Shown here piece after piece: positions 36,588-47,167 of a stretch of DNA of 64,000 nucleotides. The stretch is from Podarcis cretensis. Its lineage: Eukaryota. Position numbers and translations under genes: made by a program. The notes below the pieces were generated by a model that was not told the DNA's origin, did no database searches, and worked only from the letters and a program-made list of their open reading frames with translations. The DNA lies in assembly GCA_951804945.1 (NCBI GenBank), contig OX638149.1:106082001-106146000 (forward strand). The letters are read 5' to 3'. Every line of letters begins with the position of its first letter. Positions within the stretch are counted from its first letter, which is position 1.

Positions 36588-36692
36588 CTGGCTCTCCTGA
36601 ATTGTGTTGTACAATGCTGTCAGCATATCTGGTCGCAGAATTTCATTACATCCATGTTGCAGGAACAACTTGGCACTAGCCTTATATTTTTT
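36588..36692 (-). CDS. NEB: NEB alternative exon (human exon 144-like) KKYKASAKLFLQHGCNEILRPDMLTALYNTIQESQ
   Basis: 105 bp, CAG/GTAAGT; QHGCNEILRPDMLTALYN matches the remembered human mutually exclusive exon. Confidence 0.93.
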
Positions 36693-37068
36693 CTGTGCAT
36701 GCAAACAGCAATGAAGCACAAAAAGGACTTATGAAGACAAAGAACTACAAAAAAGCTCTAGATCCCAGAACAATGAGATTTAGGCCTTTGGGATATTTGT
36801 GTATTCTCAGAACTGCACCAATGCACAGCATTCACCAGGGGCAACAAAATCAACAGACACAGAACTGAATTTTAAAAATGGAAAAACGAGAGTATTACGG
36901 TGCCATCATTATGCAATAATCTGGTTTCCACGCCATTTTCCTTGTAGCACATTTTTGCCTTTGAGCTAAATGGCACAGATTTCATTCATTTCTAGGTTAT
37001 CTTTGCAACTCGACTGACATTTGGTGGAGTGATTTTGACAGTACATTGGTGCATAGTTTATGAGATCA

Positions 37069-37180
37069 CAAAGTATGAATAGGCTCACTCAAAAAGCTGC
37101 TATGCTGTTTTGGGTGGCAAAGTACAGATAGGCTCACTCAAAAAGCTGTTGTGCTGTTTTGAGTGGCAAAGTATAGATAG
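37069..37180. repeat. 49-bp tandem repeat (~2.3 copies), each unit with an internal inverted repeat
   Basis: CAAAGTA..ATAGGCTCACTCAAAAAGCTG.T.TGCTGTTTTG.GTGG repeated. Confidence 0.9.
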
Positions 37181-37333
37181 TTCCAGATACAAACAGAGGG
37201 GAAACCTTTGTCAATATCATAGGCAAAACCTATGACATCTTGGACTGCAGGCATTTCAGGCAGGTAAAGAAGTGGTCATCCAAGAGTGACAATAGCCAGA
37301 TTCTGGATGTTCTGGCCAGCTCTGTCACAGTAC

Positions 37334-37438
37334 CTGACTGCTTAGTTCGCCTCCCAATTTGGCCAGCAAGGTTCTAGGGTCATCCACCACAAGGGAATAC
37401 TTATCCTTCTTCTTCTCATAATCAGATTTGTACAATTT
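37334..37438 (-). CDS. NEB: NEB alternative exon (human exon 143-like) KLYKSDYEKKKDKYSLVVDDPRTLLAKLGGELSSQ
   Basis: 105 bp, CAG/GTACTG. Confidence 0.94.
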
Positions 37439-37967
37439 CTGTTCACATCGAACAGTAGCAAAGTGAAAAAGTGGAGGCACAAAGATACATTGAGATCAAT
37501 GCAAAAACCCATTAAACAAATCCACCCACTTAAAGAGTAACACCATAAAAAGGAGAACGGATATAGGCAATGGAAAACACAGACCTATAATAGTTTTTAC
37601 AGAGCAATACTGTGCAAGTATTACTGAAAAGTAAAACTTGCTGGTGGATCTTACTCCTAAGTAATCACGTAAAGGGTTGCAGACTTAAATGTACAATGCT
37701 AAAAGCCCTTTAAATCCTGCACTGCCATCCTCCATTTAGTTATAGTTATAGTTCTAACTCTATGCATTTATCACTTGCATTAATTTAGTATAAAAAATAT
37801 ATGCACATGCTATACTATAGTTCTGCATATAGTCTAGATTGGGACCTAGCTACGATTTATCATTCTTTATGTCTAAAGTCAATGGATAGAACAAACACCA
37901 TTAGATTTACTGTTGGATAAGTGTTAAATGGTTCTTGTTCTTGTATTTGTATTTTAAAAAAAACAAT

Positions 37968-37968
<1 letters not shown>

Positions 37969-38015
<47 letters not shown>

Positions 38016-38016
38016 A
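37969..38016. repeat. (GAAA)n microsatellite
   Basis: Tetranucleotide run. Confidence 0.95.
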
Positions 38017-38027
38017 TACTATGTGTA

Positions 38028-38215
38028 AAAGGTTAGGGTTAGGTAAAGGACCCCTGGACAGTTAAGTCCAGTCAAAGGTGACTATGGGGTTGTGTCGCTC
38101 ATCTCACTTTCAGGCTGAGAGAGCCAGCGTTTTTCCACAGACAGCTTTCTGGGTCGTGTGGCCAGCATGACTAAACCACTTCAGGCACAACGGGACACCG
38201 TGATGGAAACCAGAG
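38028..38215 (-). mobile_element. 5'-truncated Sauria SINE (divergent subfamily)
   Basis: GTAAAGGGACCCCTG tail and GTGGCCAGCATGACTAAACC core shared with the other copies. Confidence 0.85.
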
Positions 38216-38329
38216 GCTTTAATCAGAAATATATCCATTTAATGGAATTTGCAGTCCTAGATTCTCTTTCTTATTTTGTCTAACAAATTTAAATGGAATT
38301 GCAATGCAGAAGCCTGTAGTTCTACTTAC

Positions 38330-38434
38330 CTCATTCACCAGCTGAGTAGCATACTTAAAATGCCTATTAATTGGACTGTCAGCAACATACTTGAACTTGG
38401 ACTTTATCTTCTCAAATGACTCCTTGTATTTACA
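38330..38434 (-). CDS. NEB: NEB exon CKYKESFEKIKSKFKYVADSPINRHFKYATQLVNE
   Basis: 105 bp, TAG/GTAAGT. Confidence 0.96.
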
Positions 38435-38736
38435 CTAGAGGGACATAAAAGACATTTTTTCTAAAAAAAACAACAACCAACTAATCACTATATGGGTGTG
38501 ATAAAAACACAAAAAGCATACATTAAAAAAAATCAATCAGGTGTAAAGGCGTGAAAGAAACATTGCAATTACTTCATGTAATTATCATGTCAGTAAGTGT
38601 GATATTTACTGATTTGTTGCTGTAACTGCATCTGTTTATCTGACAGGGCCAGTCTGTATGGCACTGCAAAACTGGAATATGATACAGTGTTCCAAAAACC
38701 TGCTAAAGCTCATTATGTTGATAATTACACAAACAG

Positions 38737-38812
38737 TGCAATCCTATGCAGATTTGCGCAGAACTAATATTCAGTGGAGATCACTCCTAGGTAAGAGAAC
38801 ATAGGATTGCAG
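38737..38812. repeat. Short palindromic MITE-like repeat (related pieces at ~37603-37683, 41099-41260, 50690-50765)
   Basis: Inverted ends TGCAATCCTATG / CATAGGATTGCA. Confidence 0.7.
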
Positions 38813-39757
38813 CAGAGAACCGTTCAGACTTAGTAGAGGATAGACTCAAGCACCAGGGAAATGACAGCATCCCTTATTTATAAAAAGATATGCTGATGTG
38901 TAAATAGCACCTCCAAAAATAGATGACACAGTGGGTTTTTCACAGTGCTTTTTTTGTTTTTAAAACTAGGTGCCAGCAATCCTATCTTGTTATGCATATA
39001 CTTTGTTTAAGGTAATGTGTGATCTTGCACTGTTGCCCTTTGTTTCAGTGGAGCCTCAGTAGATATTCCCAGATACTTGGCCACTTTATATGTTATCATA
39101 CCAATGATCTTTTGCCTGTGCAGTTATTGGGCAGTTCAGTCAAGCTGTGCATGCTCAGGTTGGCTGTGGAGAGTTAAAACCAATGACAAATCTTGTTTGT
39201 TCTGAGCAGAGAACTGCTTTATAACCATGGTCGACAAAAGAGGTTTAAAGACTGTCTCAAGGCAAATCTTTAAAAAATGTAGTATAAACACTGACAACTG
39301 GGAAACACTGGCCTGCGAGCGCTCCAGTTGGAGAACAGCCTTTACCAAAGGTGTCGTGGGCTTTGAAGAAACTTGAACTCAGGATGCAAGGGAGAAACAT
39401 GCTAAGAGGAAGGCACGCTTGGCAAATCCACAATGTGATAAACTCTCACCCAGGAACCAATGTTCCCACTGTGGAAGGACGTGTGGATCCAGAATTGGCC
39501 TCCACAGTCACTTACGGACTCATTGTTAAAACCGTGTTTATGGAAGACAATCTTACTCGGCTACGAGTGATCACCAAAGAAAGAAGAAGAAACATGGTCT
39601 CAAACTTCTTGTCTGTATTTGCGTGCATCCATCCCTGCATGCAGTGCCTCACCTCAAACAAATATAAAATAGAATGTATGTGTGCAGAGCAAGTTGGGGA
39701 ATAGACAGAGAGAAATCACCCTCTTTAAGCTACCAGGCAATATAGAACCACACATAC

Positions 39758-39862
39758 CGGACTGTACAGCGTCTTATTCTTTTCTGCAAGAAGAAGATCA
39801 GGAGTATCCCATGCATAACAGCCAATGCCTCTGAGCCACGTTAAATCTTCCTTATATTTAAA
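39758..39862 (-). CDS. NEB: NEB exon FKYKEDLTWLRGIGCYAWDTPDLLLAEKNKTLYSP
   Basis: 105 bp, CAG/GTATGT; super-repeat marker WLRGIG. Confidence 0.97.
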
Positions 39863-40911
39863 CTGTAAAAGCAAAATAACAAGAGCAAGGTTTACCACAA
39901 CATGAGACAATTACAGGAGAGTACAAAAAATTGTTATTCATATCTCAAAGCCAGTAGAAAAATCTCAGGCATGGGATCATGTGGATACTTGGGATCGTAA
40001 TGATCTAAGTATACAAACTTGGAGGTAAGAACAATGGCTGTCCCTAGAATAAAGTTCAAGGTAAATGTGCTTAAGGGTTGAGATGACAAAATGACAACTC
40101 CAATCCACACAGTCCTATTAGGCTCAATAGGATTTTTCGCTGTTCTGATGGAACAAGATGAAATCACAACTATGTGCTGTTTCTAACTGATTGCAAATGT
40201 GGGCATTTCTGTCAATAGCAATAGATTTGACTGAATTAACTTCCCTACAAATTAAATTGGGGGAGGTGTGATAGTACACATGGGCAGTGTTTATTGTTGT
40301 TGTTTCAACCCTTATGGCCATAGGTATCAATGGGTATTCTCAGCTAGATAAATGTAGGGCTAGATCAGTTTTTAAATATTTGCATTTTGCAGAGCAATGG
40401 CCTTTAAAAGCTGTAACAACAACATAAAGACTTCCTCTCCCAATAAAAGAAAACCAAGAAAGATCATGGGGCTTTCATGCATGCTTGCTTGTTTCTGCAG
40501 CAGCTGCTCACACCTCCCATAGAAAAAGAAAAGCTACATCTAAGAGTTAGTGGCTGAATATGGACAAGGGAGCCAACAGAACTTCTCTGCAAGTGAAATA
40601 TGCCTTCTGCTTGAGCTAAGGGGCTCTTTAGATTCCTACCCAATCCTCCTTTCAACATATCAGCTGTTAAACAAGGAAAACTGAATTGCTGTTAGCAGCT
40701 CCTCATTATGTGGCTTAGATATTCTTGATAGAAGTGAAGTTTAAATTCAGAATTCAGTTTAACGATCCAGGAGAGCCTGTCTCCAAAAGGCAGAAAACTA
40801 TTAATAATTTTTTCAATGCATTTTGCTCCCTTCAAGTAACACATTGCAGCCTACTGTTTTGGAAGGCTGTCAACATGCAATACCCAAGTGTCGAAGTTGA
40901 TCCACACTCAC

Positions 40912-41016
40912 ATCACTGACTGCATCGGTGACGGCACGGTGGTGGAAATGGTCTGGTCGATCCGGGATAGATCTCCAGATTCCTAATTGACTCATGTAGT
41001 TTTCTTTGTATTTCAC
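40912..41016 (-). CDS. NEB: NEB exon VKYKENYMSQLGIWRSIPDRPDHFHHRAVTDAVSD
   Basis: 105 bp, TAG/GTGAGT. Confidence 0.97.
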
Positions 41017-41607
41017 CTACAAAAAAAAAAACATTTAATTTTTAAAATAAGCAACACACTAATCGCCCGATATTACAGGGTTGACATCAGTGATGGTACA
41101 ATCCTATACATGCGTACTCAGAGAAGCAACTCCCATTGTGTTATTTATCTGTTAACCTTCTATCCTGCCCTTCTCCTGAAGGAGCTTCAAGGAGGCAATG
41201 GGACTTGCTTTCTTACATTCAGTGGAACTTGCTTCCCAATAAGTGGATTTAGAATGTCCTGGCACAGCTACGCTACTTTATAGAGACAACAGAGCTTAGC
41301 GCATGTAGGAATTTCTGGCCAGTCCATGTAACACATGGGGAGACAGTCAGAAGAGGTGGAAGCATGACAGAAGCTCAGGTGGAGAATGGGGCCAGAGCAC
41401 AAAGTATAGGGGAAACAAATGCTATAAAACATAAAAAGAGGCAGGGTGGGCCAGAATTAGCTGAGGCTTTGTGTTAGGAGGACCAGGTGTCAAGTAGATT
41501 ATAAGGCCTGATAAGACAGGTCACCCCTGCTTTCTCTCTGAAAGGAATCACATCCATCAGAGGCATGACCAGGGGTGCTTACATTATATAGGAAAGGGGG
41601 AGGTAAA

Positions 41608-41986
41608 AAATTAACAGACTATGCAGAACTGGACAAACTAACTGGAAAAATTAGATTCCAAAGGGACCACAAGTTTTTTGAGGACTGGGGAAAATTTACA
41701 GAATATTTGAAAACTGTATGTGAGGAATACACAACGCTAGTGTGTTTTAAAGAAGCTTTGTGAAAATATAAGGAATATTGCAAGAATGTAAATGAGGACA
41801 GAAATATTGTATTTAAAGGCAATACTAAAATTTAAGGAATGTGAAGATAGAAATTGAATTACGAATGATTGTCAGAGAAGTTGAGGGAGGTCCAATAAGT
41901 TAAAATATGTGATGTGGAAATTTGTATGATTGGAGTTTTTATGGAAAAATTTAATAAAAAATTTATAATTGGAAGAAAGAAAAAAA
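41608..41986 (+). mobile_element. 5'-truncated L1-clade LINE (ORF2 C-terminus plus 3' UTR)
   Basis: KLTDYAELDKLTGKIR...FFEDWGKFTEYL reading frame, AATAAA plus A-rich tail, 18-bp TSD AGGAAAGGGGGAGGTAAA at 41590 and 41987. Confidence 0.88.
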
Positions 41987-42128
41987 AGGAAAGGGGGAGG
42001 TAAAGGAGTCTGAAGTAGTGGGGAGAGAGAATAACCAGTGCCCCATAGTATATATAAATAAGGTACATCTATTGTATTTTACAGTTATCAAAACCAGCAT
42101 ATTACTCAGGGATATGCATATATATATC

Positions 42129-42950
42129 TGTCAGGGGCTCAGGAGCAGAGGCACAGGGAAGATGGGAGATGGAGAGCGAGGGGGAGGAATCCGAGGGGAG
42201 CGTAGGAGGAAACAGTGGTCCGAGGGATTCCATGAGCCTCTCCAGCGAATCGGAAGATTCACAGAAGGGAGCGCCAGTGGCCAGGGGCAGGGGGGTCCCA
42301 AGGGGAACGCCCCAGGAGCAAGGGGGCAGCAGGGACTCCCAGAGCAGCAGTTGGAAATCAGGACCAGCTTCCCCACCAGAGCAGAGTGGGGGGGAAGAGT
42401 CCCAGGCATCGGGGCCAGTGCTTCCCCCACCAGGGAGAGAAGACGAGGCAGAGCTGACCACGCCTCCCTCGGAGAGTCGTAAAACGGAGGGGAGGTCAGA
42501 TCTGGCCAGTGTCACGGAAGAGGGAAGCAGTGATAGAAGTAGTGTAACGGTTAGGAGAAAGGTCACTGGGTTGGCGCGAGAAGCAAGTTCAAATGTACAG
42601 GAGCGCGGGACAGCAGAGAGTGAGGATTGGGAACCGGGTCCTAAAGCACGCCGGAGGCAGGGGGAGGAGCTCAGCGACTCAGCTTCGGAGGAGTCCAGAA
42701 AGGGCAATGCACCAGAGGGCAGGAGGACCCAGAGGAGGAGAGAGCAGCGCAAAAGGTGGAGCAGGGCTAGGATCTTAAACTGGTGCGGAAGGGGAGGTGA
42801 TTCAGACGGGACTTCGCCTATCTAGAGTCTAGACGTAGGGTTGCACGCTCTGGCTTTGAAATGGAAATTATACTTCAATAAAGACTTTTATACATAATAC
42901 CAGCCTGGCGTTGGTCCTCTGTGAGCTGGGACCTAGAGGCAGCCCTGACA
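42129..42950 (+). mobile_element. Solo LTR (LTR retrotransposon/ERV), 822 bp
   Basis: TG...CA ends with inverted termini TGTCAGGG/CCCTGACA, 5-bp TSD ATATC (42124-42128, 42951-42955), AATAAA at 42877-42882, GC-rich against AT-rich flanks. Confidence 0.85.
42169..42825 (+). CDS. Putative LTR-encoded 218-aa S/E/G/R-rich protein of unknown function
   Basis: Uninterrupted ORF, ATG in GAGATGG context, stop 52 bp before AATAAA; coding status unproven. Confidence 0.4.
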   Translation: MESEGEESEGSVGGNSGPRDSMSLSSESEDSQKGAPVARGRGVPRGTPQEQGGSRDSQSSSWKSGPASPPEQSGGEESQASGPVLPPPGREDEAELTTPPSESRKTEGRSDLASVTEEGSSDRSSVTVRRKVTGLAREASSNVQERGTAESEDWEPGPKARRRQGEELSDSASEESRKGNAPEGRRTQRRREQRKRWSRARILNWCGRGGDSDGTSPI

Positions 42951-43027
42951 ATATCCAATATACATACTTATATATATATATATATATCCAGTATACATAC
43001 TTATGTGTATATATCCAATATACATAC

Positions 43028-43132
43028 TTTGCTGATATCATCAGTGACCTTGCGGTGATACACAATATCCAAGGCATCTTTCACTGTGTGGTATTTACCC
43101 TTGGCTTTCTCAAATGTTTCTTTGTAGCGCAG
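43028..43132 (-). CDS. NEB: NEB exon LRYKETFEKAKGKYHTVKDALDIVYHRKVTDDISK
   Basis: 105 bp, CAG/GTATGT. Confidence 0.97.
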
Positions 43133-44244
43133 CTGATAAAAACAAAATAAAACAAAAAAGTGCGAAGGCATCAGTCTTAAAATGTAGCAAACATTATTTT
43201 CACATTTTCCTCAGAGGTTGTAATAGACAGGTAGAAAAAGCAGACCATCAAGTCCGCTTTATGCATATTATAAAGCAATCCTAGCTTACTCCATGGTGCT
43301 CCTTGTAAATGTAAATCCTACTCCCCATTTATGTATAGCTTTCATTTATTTAACTTTCTATTATAACCAGAGTTTTGCATATTCTCCCGTCTATTTCAAG
43401 ACAAGAGTCCAGATCAAGAAACCATATTATCTATCTCCCCCCCTCTCCCCAATTTCTTCATTCTTTCTCTGCTGCCAACACAATTATACTCAAAAGTATC
43501 CATGTGGACAGAAAGGGTTGCATCCAGCTGAAACATGCTCAGAGCAGACCCACTGAAACCAGCGAACATGACTAAAGTCCATTGGTTTTAGTGAGTCTAC
43601 TCTGAGTATGTTTTAGCTGGATAAAACCCAAGAAGCCAGATTCAACTAACCTAGTGCAAGGACTCCCACCAGTTCAATGGGGCTTTCCCCCTCCCCTTGC
43701 ATGCCCCCCCTCTCCTAAATCTGCCTTGGAGCATCGAGAGAACCCACAGCCTAGCGCCCAGGAGGAGGAGAGAAGAGACTGAACAAATTAGTATGATGTT
43801 GATTTTTACCCAAGCAATCTTGTGTCAAAACAGATTTATATAGATTTTTTATGTATTATTTGTTTTATGCTAGTATATAAGAATTCACAGGCAATGAGAA
43901 ATAGACTCCAATGTCAGACCAAAGAAACTTGATCTTATGTGCAGTAGGCTCACTCCTCTGTGCCACTGCTTCTCAGGAAGAACTCCGTCACAACTGTTAT
44001 AGAACTATGAATAGTTGTCTAATGGCTCCTGACTCTTTTGATCCCTTTTCCATATTAAAAAAAAAAATGCATCATGAGTATATAAGCCATACAGAGCTAG
44101 AGTATAATCCAAATAAGTAAATGATCTGGAAGAATTCTCACTGGTTTCAGGTTCAGTTCACAGACCTTGCCTGAACATTACTCTACATTCAGATCTAGAC
44201 GACATAAAAAAACCCAAACCATCCCATTTTCATCGGATACTTAC

Positions 44245-44349
44245 ATCACTGGCATTCAGGTAGGCCTTCTTAGCTCTAATCAGGATTGGTGTGTCAGCGA
44301 CAGTTACATACTTGTGCTTCAGCTTCTCATATTGGGATTTGTATTTATT
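44245..44349 (-). CDS. NEB: NEB exon NKYKSQYEKLKHKYVTVADTPILIRAKKAYLNASD
   Basis: 105 bp, TAG/GTAAGT. Confidence 0.97.
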
Positions 44350-44743
44350 CTAAATTAAGCAGGGGGAATGGAAGAAAAAATAAGTACACCAAGGTGCTCG
44401 TGCGATACAGCATTAACTGCATGCACCTGGGCACTTAAAAAGACACTCTGATGTATGAGTTAACTAAAGTAAATTTATTCATCATGCCAACGATTTGTTT
44501 TTCCTTCCAATAAAGTCAGCTAGAGGCCTGTGGCTGGTATATTCACTGGCAAATTGCAAAGCATACCACCCTAATCTGTAGACAATCTCCCTGCCATTTC
44601 TATGTGTGCCCTTCCCTCCTCTGTGATGCTTGCCTAAATCAGCCTTCTCCAATAAGGTGCCATCCAGCTGTTTGGGGCTACAGCTCTCATCAGCCCCAGA
44701 CAGCATGGCCAGCTGTCAAGGATGATGGGAACTGTAATCCAAT

Positions 44744-45072
44744 CAGGGGCAGAGGAAGGGGGGTGCTGTGGGGACAGTCCACCCCAAGTGTCACCACTGG
44801 GGGGGTGACAAAATGCCAGGCAGCACTCACCGCAGGGCCTACAGTGCGCCCAAGCCATGTGTCTCTCCTGGAGTGAGCTTGAGCGCCCACAGGCTCTGCG
44901 CTGCCCCAAATGGTTTGCCCATTGCCTCCCCCTCAGCTGTAGGGCAGCTGAGTGGGGTGAGGCAGGCAGACTCCTCAGAGGCCCCACGGAGCATCCTGCC
45001 CCAGCTGGCCCCGCCCCCGGGGGCAGGGCACACGCGCTGCCCCAAACGCCCAATCGGCTTGCTCCACCGCTG
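44744..45072. mobile_element. GC-rich non-autonomous hAT element nested in a palindromic MITE
   Basis: 8-bp TSD AATCCAAT at 44736 and 45073; imperfect TIRs CAGGGGCAGAG / CTCCACCGCTG. Confidence 0.82.
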
Positions 45073-45366
45073 AATCCAATTACATGTGCCAGATGACTTG
45101 CCCCAAACGCCACCCCCGGAAATGAACAGTACAGAAGAAACCAATACCTAAACAGGCAAAAAGTAAACGAATAAAAACAAAGCTAGATTGTGGCTTAACA
45201 CGTATGAATAGCATATTTAATAAAGATTCTGTAAAACAGTTTTGATAGACTGCATTGAATGTGTTTGCCAAACTCATTGTCTAGTCTAGACTTTAATGGG
45301 CTGAAGTGTGCAGTCTGTTTGCCATAGTAATAAAAAGAAGAGAAGGAAAGGTGCTCCCAGTCTTAC

Positions 45367-45471
45367 CTCACTGACCAAGTCCTTCACATGCTTAGCAAGT
45401 TTCAAGGCTGGTGTCTGATCCCCAGCATGGTGATGGGGTCTTTCCTTGGTTGCAAGTTCGATGTACAAGTA
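45367..45471 (-). CDS. NEB: NEB exon YLYIELATKERPHHHAGDQTPALKLAKHVKDLVSE
   Basis: 105 bp, CAG/GTAAGA. Confidence 0.97.
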
Positions 45472-46222
45472 CTGGAGAAAGGGAAGAACCATAAATTGTC
45501 AAATTATGTTCCATACACACCAGAGACCTTGGATGTAAGCGATTCAGTCCTTCGCTCACTGCTTTTTGCAAACTGAATCAGTGTGCTTTTCTTCCTGATT
45601 CAGTATATCCATTCTGACTGGCAGCACCTCTCTGAGGTCTCAAGAAGAAATCCTTTATTGCCCTGTTATCTTTAGATCGTTTAATGAATGATGCCGACAA
45701 GACCTTCTGCACGCAAGGAATGTGCTCTGTCACTGAGCCACAGCCCCTTCAACTTAATTCCCCCCCCCCAATTAATTTTTATTGATTTTCAAAATTTTAA
45801 CATCTAATCAATTCAAATTTAACATAAATTTTAAAAGTTGGTTTCCCAGCCCTTCACCCTTGATACTTCTTCACCCACCCTCCTTGCTGCATTGTATAAC
45901 AGTATTTTTATCTCTTTCCCAATTAAGACAAATAACATTCCTGGAGGTGGCAGACACCCTGAATAATCTACTAGGTAATGGGGACAATTACAAAGCACAG
46001 GAAACCATCTAGGCTATGACAAAGGACAGGAAATGATTTGTAATTGTATCCACACAGTTTCAAAGCACATATTGATGGGAGGAGGAAGAGCTCTGAATAT
46101 ATCCATTTTGATGTGCTGAACAGATTCAACAGTGGTAGTTGGTCCTGCAGTCACATGGCATAAGCTCCAGTAGGAGACGATACAAAATCTGGCAAGTTCT
46201 TCATTCCTTATTGGAAATGAAG

Positions 46223-46375
46223 AATGGCCCTCCAGCTGTTTTGGGACTACAAAATGGCCCTCCAGCTGTTTTGGGACTACAATTCCCATCATCCCTGACC
46301 ACTGGTCCTGTTAGCTAGGGATGATGGGAGTTGTAGTCCCAAAACAGCAGGAGGGACACGTTTGGCCACCACTGC
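46223..46375. mobile_element. Palindromic hAT-type MITE with a 30-bp tandem duplication of its left arm
   Basis: AATGGCCCTCCAGCTGTTTTGGGACTACAA twice; inverted arm TTGTAGTCCCAAAACAGCAGGAGGG. Confidence 0.8.
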
Positions 46376-47167
46376 CTTATTACTTTGACAACATTAGAAG
46401 AAGATTGGAGAACTGTGCCAGAGTTATGTTTTGACGAGGTTTCAATAATATTACAGTTAGTGTTGGGGGAGAAATTCAGTTAAGTTAGTATTTTTAAGTG
46501 AAATTAACTAAATCTCGCTTCCTCAAACGGTACACAAAGCCAAAGACAGCTATCCTTTGAAAGCAGCACTTCGCTGAATTTTGCAATGGAGTTTTCCTAC
46601 CAAATAGTGGGCCGGTTCACACCCAGCACTAAACTAAACCATGGCTAAGCTCAACACACATAGGCATGCAGGTTCCCAGAGTGGAGATTGCAATTGCATC
46701 GCTCCTGTTCTGTTCCTGTGGCTGCCGTAAGCCAAGATATAGTTTGGCTCCGCATGCTATTTAAACCCAGGCTCAACGTTGCAAAAACATATGTGTCAAG
46801 AGAAATGTGCGCTAAGATACTGACATATTCATGCAAAGGCAAACTGAGGTGGAAATATGGAAAACTGGACTTAAGCTTCGCAATATGAGAAACAGACAGA
46901 AACCAAAGCTGACAGATTCGTCCATCCATCCCTAAGTGCAATGGAAGTTTATGAACATATTGATTACCTATCAATATTTACTAATTTGGGTGGAAACATT
47001 TGTTAAGGATATGGTGCTATCACAAAGACAGCTTGTATAATGAATGGGCAAGTGCAGATTGCTTTGTATCAGACGCCCCAGAAAATATCTAGAAAGAGCT
47101 GTGCATTATTGAATGAGAATTCCACATGTACTATCCAGCTTCATTTCTGTTCAGTAATGGGTCTTAC

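Noticed and set aside
42102-42752. 216-aa antisense ORF over the LTR
   Set aside because: Non-ATG start, runs out of the element, and is the mirror frame of the S/E/G-rich sense ORF; most likely a compositional shadow.
44604-45144. Cluster of six overlapping ORFs
   Set aside because: Explained by the GC-rich non-autonomous hAT insertion.
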